Assembly: GCA_964649065.1 (NCBI GenBank)
Contig: CAZYOL010000003.1
Location: 1 to 61,359, forward strand
Source of the DNA: an uncultured Spirochaetales bacterium
Lineage (GTDB): Bacteria; Myxococcota_A; UBA9160; SMWR01
Direction of reading: 5' to 3'
DNA: 61,359 nucleotides
A program made the position numbers and the translations under genes. The notes below the pieces were generated by a model that did no database searches, was not told the origin of the DNA, and saw nothing but the letters and a program-made list of their open reading frames with translations. This document shows positions 59,860-61,359 of the stretch, in pieces; the stretch's first letter is position 1, and the number at the start of each line of letters is the position of its first letter.

Positions 59860-60521
59860 GAGCCCGCGCCCAGCTGCAGCGCCTGCATCTGCATCACCAG
59901 GCCGACGTCGCCCTCGATGCCGATGCGCCCCGCCATGAAGTACTGGAGCAGCAGCGAGGTGCGCTCGCCCTCGGGCGCCTGCTCCAGCGCGACGGCGTCG
60001 GCGTGCTCGAGCGTGAGCTTGGCGCTGGGCTCCGCCGGGATCGCGCCGGGGCCGAGCTTCATGTCGACCTGCCAGTCTCCTCCGGGACCGCCCGCCACCA
60101 CCACGCGCACCATCCCGTCGAGGGACTGCATCTGGGCCAGCGCGGCCGGGCCGGGCGCCGCCCCCGGCCCCGAGGCCGGCAGGCCCTCGGAGGGCCGGAA
60201 CAGGGCTGCGGTCTGGCGCCCCACCGCGCCGCCGCGCCCCTCCCACAGCGAGCCCCGCCAGTCCTCGACGCTCTGGACGAAGCTGAAGGCGGTGTCCTCG
60301 CGCGAGCCGGGGGCCACGCGAATCTCGCCCGCAGCGAGGGTCACGACCCACTCGCCCCCGCCCTCGCCCGTCAGCAGCACGCCCAGCCGGGCGTCCAGGT
60401 CGCGCACCGACTCGCGCAGCGCGGCTGCCTCGGCAAAGGCCGCCGGCAGGTAGTCGGCCATGAAGGCGGCCGGCGCCACCGGGGCCTCGGGGAAATCGGG
60501 CATCCCGACGGTTTCGCACAT
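59856..60521 (-). CDS. SCP2 sterol/lipid-carrier-domain protein
   Basis: SCP2-like repeats are present (FSFVQSVEDW.. and LTLEHADAVAL...YFMAGRIGIEGDVGLVMQMQAL). Its stop overlaps the WS/DGAT stop in CTAG. Confidence 0.65.
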   Translation of the reverse strand: MCETVGMPDFPEAPVAPAAFMADYLPAAFAEAAALRESVRDLDARLGVLLTGEGGGEWVVTLAAGEIRVAPGSREDTAFSFVQSVEDWRGSLWEGRGGAVGRQTAALFRPSEGLPASGPGAAPGPAALAQMQSLDGMVRVVVAGGPGGDWQVDMKLGPGAIPAEPSAKLTLEHADAVALEQAPEGERTSLLLQYFMAGRIGIEGDVGLVMQMQALQLGAGS

Positions 60522-60603
60522 CGCGCGGCCCCGAACCAGCGCCCCGGGGCCGGTCCCCCGAGCGGGGCTCCGGCGCCCGGCCCTCCGACCGACCCGGGGA
60601 GGC

Positions 60604-60680
60604 TGGTGGGCGCGGAGAGACTCGAACTCCCGACCCCCTCGGTGTAAGCGAGGTGCTCTAGCCAGCTGAGCTACACGCCC
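60604..60680 (-). tRNA. tRNA-Val (anticodon TAC)
   Basis: The reverse complement folds as a 77-nt cloverleaf. The parts are acceptor GGGCGTG/CGCGCCC, D arm GCTC..GAGC, anticodon arm CCTCG-CTTACAC-CGAGG and T arm GGGAG-TTCGAGT-CTCTC. CCA is encoded. Confidence 0.95.
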
Positions 60681-60717
60681 GGCGGGGGGCCGAGCCGCCC
60701 CCGACGCGCCGACCCGC

Positions 60718-61359
60718 CTAGTTGACCCCGACGGGGGGTGAGATCTCCTCGATGCCGCGCGCCGCGGGCAGCACCTCGAGGATGTCGTCGACCGTGTGGT
60801 CGCCCTCCTGGAGGAAGCCGCTCGGGTCCGGGAGCGCCAGCGCGGCGACCAGCACCTGGTCCATGTGCTCGACGAAGACGATGCTCAGGTTGCGCTTGAT
60901 GTTCGCCGGGATGTCCGCGAGATCCTTCTCGTTCTCCTTGGGGATGATCAGCGTGTCGATGCCGCCCCGGTGAGCCGCGATCATCTTCTCCTTGAGGCCG
61001 CCGATCGGAAGCACGCGGCCGCGCAGGGTGATCTCCCCGGTCATGGCGACGTTGGACTTGATGGGCACCCGCGTCAGCGCCGACGCGATCGCCGTGGCGA
61101 TCGTGATGCCCGCCGAGGGCCCGTCCTTGGGCGTCGCCCCCTCGGGCACGTGGATGTGGACGTCGACCTTGGAGTAGAAGTCGCGGGTCAGGCCGAGCTG
61201 CTTGGCGCGGCTGCGCACGTAGGACATGGCCGCGTTGGCCGACTCCTGCATCACCTCGCCGAGGCGGCCGGTCAGCTGCATCTTGCCCTTGCCCGGGGTG
61301 ACCGAGGCCTCGGTCTGCAGCAGCTCGCCGCCCACCTCGGTGTAGGCGAGCCCGGTGCA
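60718..61359 (-). CDS. lon: ATP-dependent Lon protease, C-terminal proteolytic domain (5' part lies beyond the window)
   Basis: The Lon S16 domain is clear: [26 protein letters not shown] (catalytic Ser) and [20 protein letters not shown] (Lys). The ORF is open to the window edge. Confidence 0.9.
   Translation of the reverse strand, partial: CTGLAYTEVGGELLQTEASVTPGKGKMQLTGRLGEVMQESANAAMSYVRSRAKQLGLTRDFYSKVDVHIHVPEGATPKDGPSAGITIATAIASALTRVPIKSNVAMTGEITLRGRVLPIGGLKEKMIAAHRGGIDTLIIPKENEKDLADIPANIKRNLSIVFVEHMDQVLVAALALPDPSGFLQEGDHTVDDILEVLPAARGIEEISPPVGVN

Noticed and set aside
1-61359. Search for CRISPR arrays, rRNA genes, IS elements, transposases, integrases or phage structural genes.
   Set aside because: I saw no regularly spaced short repeats with unique spacers and no rRNA-like conserved blocks. 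No DDE/HUH transposase or tyrosine/serine recombinase motif appeared in any plausible ORF. The tRNA-Asp islets therefore lack a recognisable mobility gene.

Overview
GC-rich bacterial chromosome fragment, diderm-type because it carries TonB, a TonB-dependent receptor and RND/HlyD genes. Coding density is high, and many gene junctions are 1-4 nt overlaps (ATGA, GTGA, TTGA, TGATG) with frequent GTG/TTG starts. All calls come from reading the supplied ORF translations and the DNA by eye; no database search was run. Family names are motif-level recognitions, and gene starts are best guesses.

- **~164-28702, lipid supercluster (the main item).** It holds a eukaryote-like dihydroceramide Delta4-desaturase, a DAGK-type lipid kinase and a Tam41-like nucleotidyltransferase. 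It also holds myo-inositol-1-phosphate synthase, a DegT-type aminotransferase, a PaaK-like ligase and an LpxO-like hydroxylase.
- **Core operon within the supercluster (minus strand, 21968 down to 10697).** The order is ACP, FabZ, KS/CLF, CrtI-type desaturase, two B12-radical SAM enzymes, a second KS/CLF, FabG and an MBL hydrolase. No enoyl reductase is present. It faces a divergent operon with a crotonase, two further B12-radical SAM enzymes, two alpha/beta hydrolases and an SDR. I regard this as a candidate pathway for an unusual, uncharacterised modified lipid.
- **Putative copper locus.** It encodes a CopY/BlaI-type repressor, an M56 sensor with a His/Cys motif, a TonB-dependent receptor, TonB, and a Csp1-like Tat-exported Cys-rich four-helix protein.
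- **Housekeeping and redox genes.** These include ppc, a PP2C phosphatase, a P450, F420-type redox genes and an AaeXAB-like efflux system. The FUSC gene of that system is frame-disrupted by an 88-bp imperfect tandem duplication.
- **tRNA-Asp hotspot.** Three small toxin-antitoxin-like modules sit here, delimited by degenerate copies of the tRNA 3' end.
- **cNMP-domain lipid-remodelling module.** It comprises a patatin lipase, an MMPL/RND exporter, WS/DGAT and an SCP2 protein.
- **Window end.** tRNA-Val and the 3' part of lon.

No CRISPR array, rRNA, transposase or integrase was seen.
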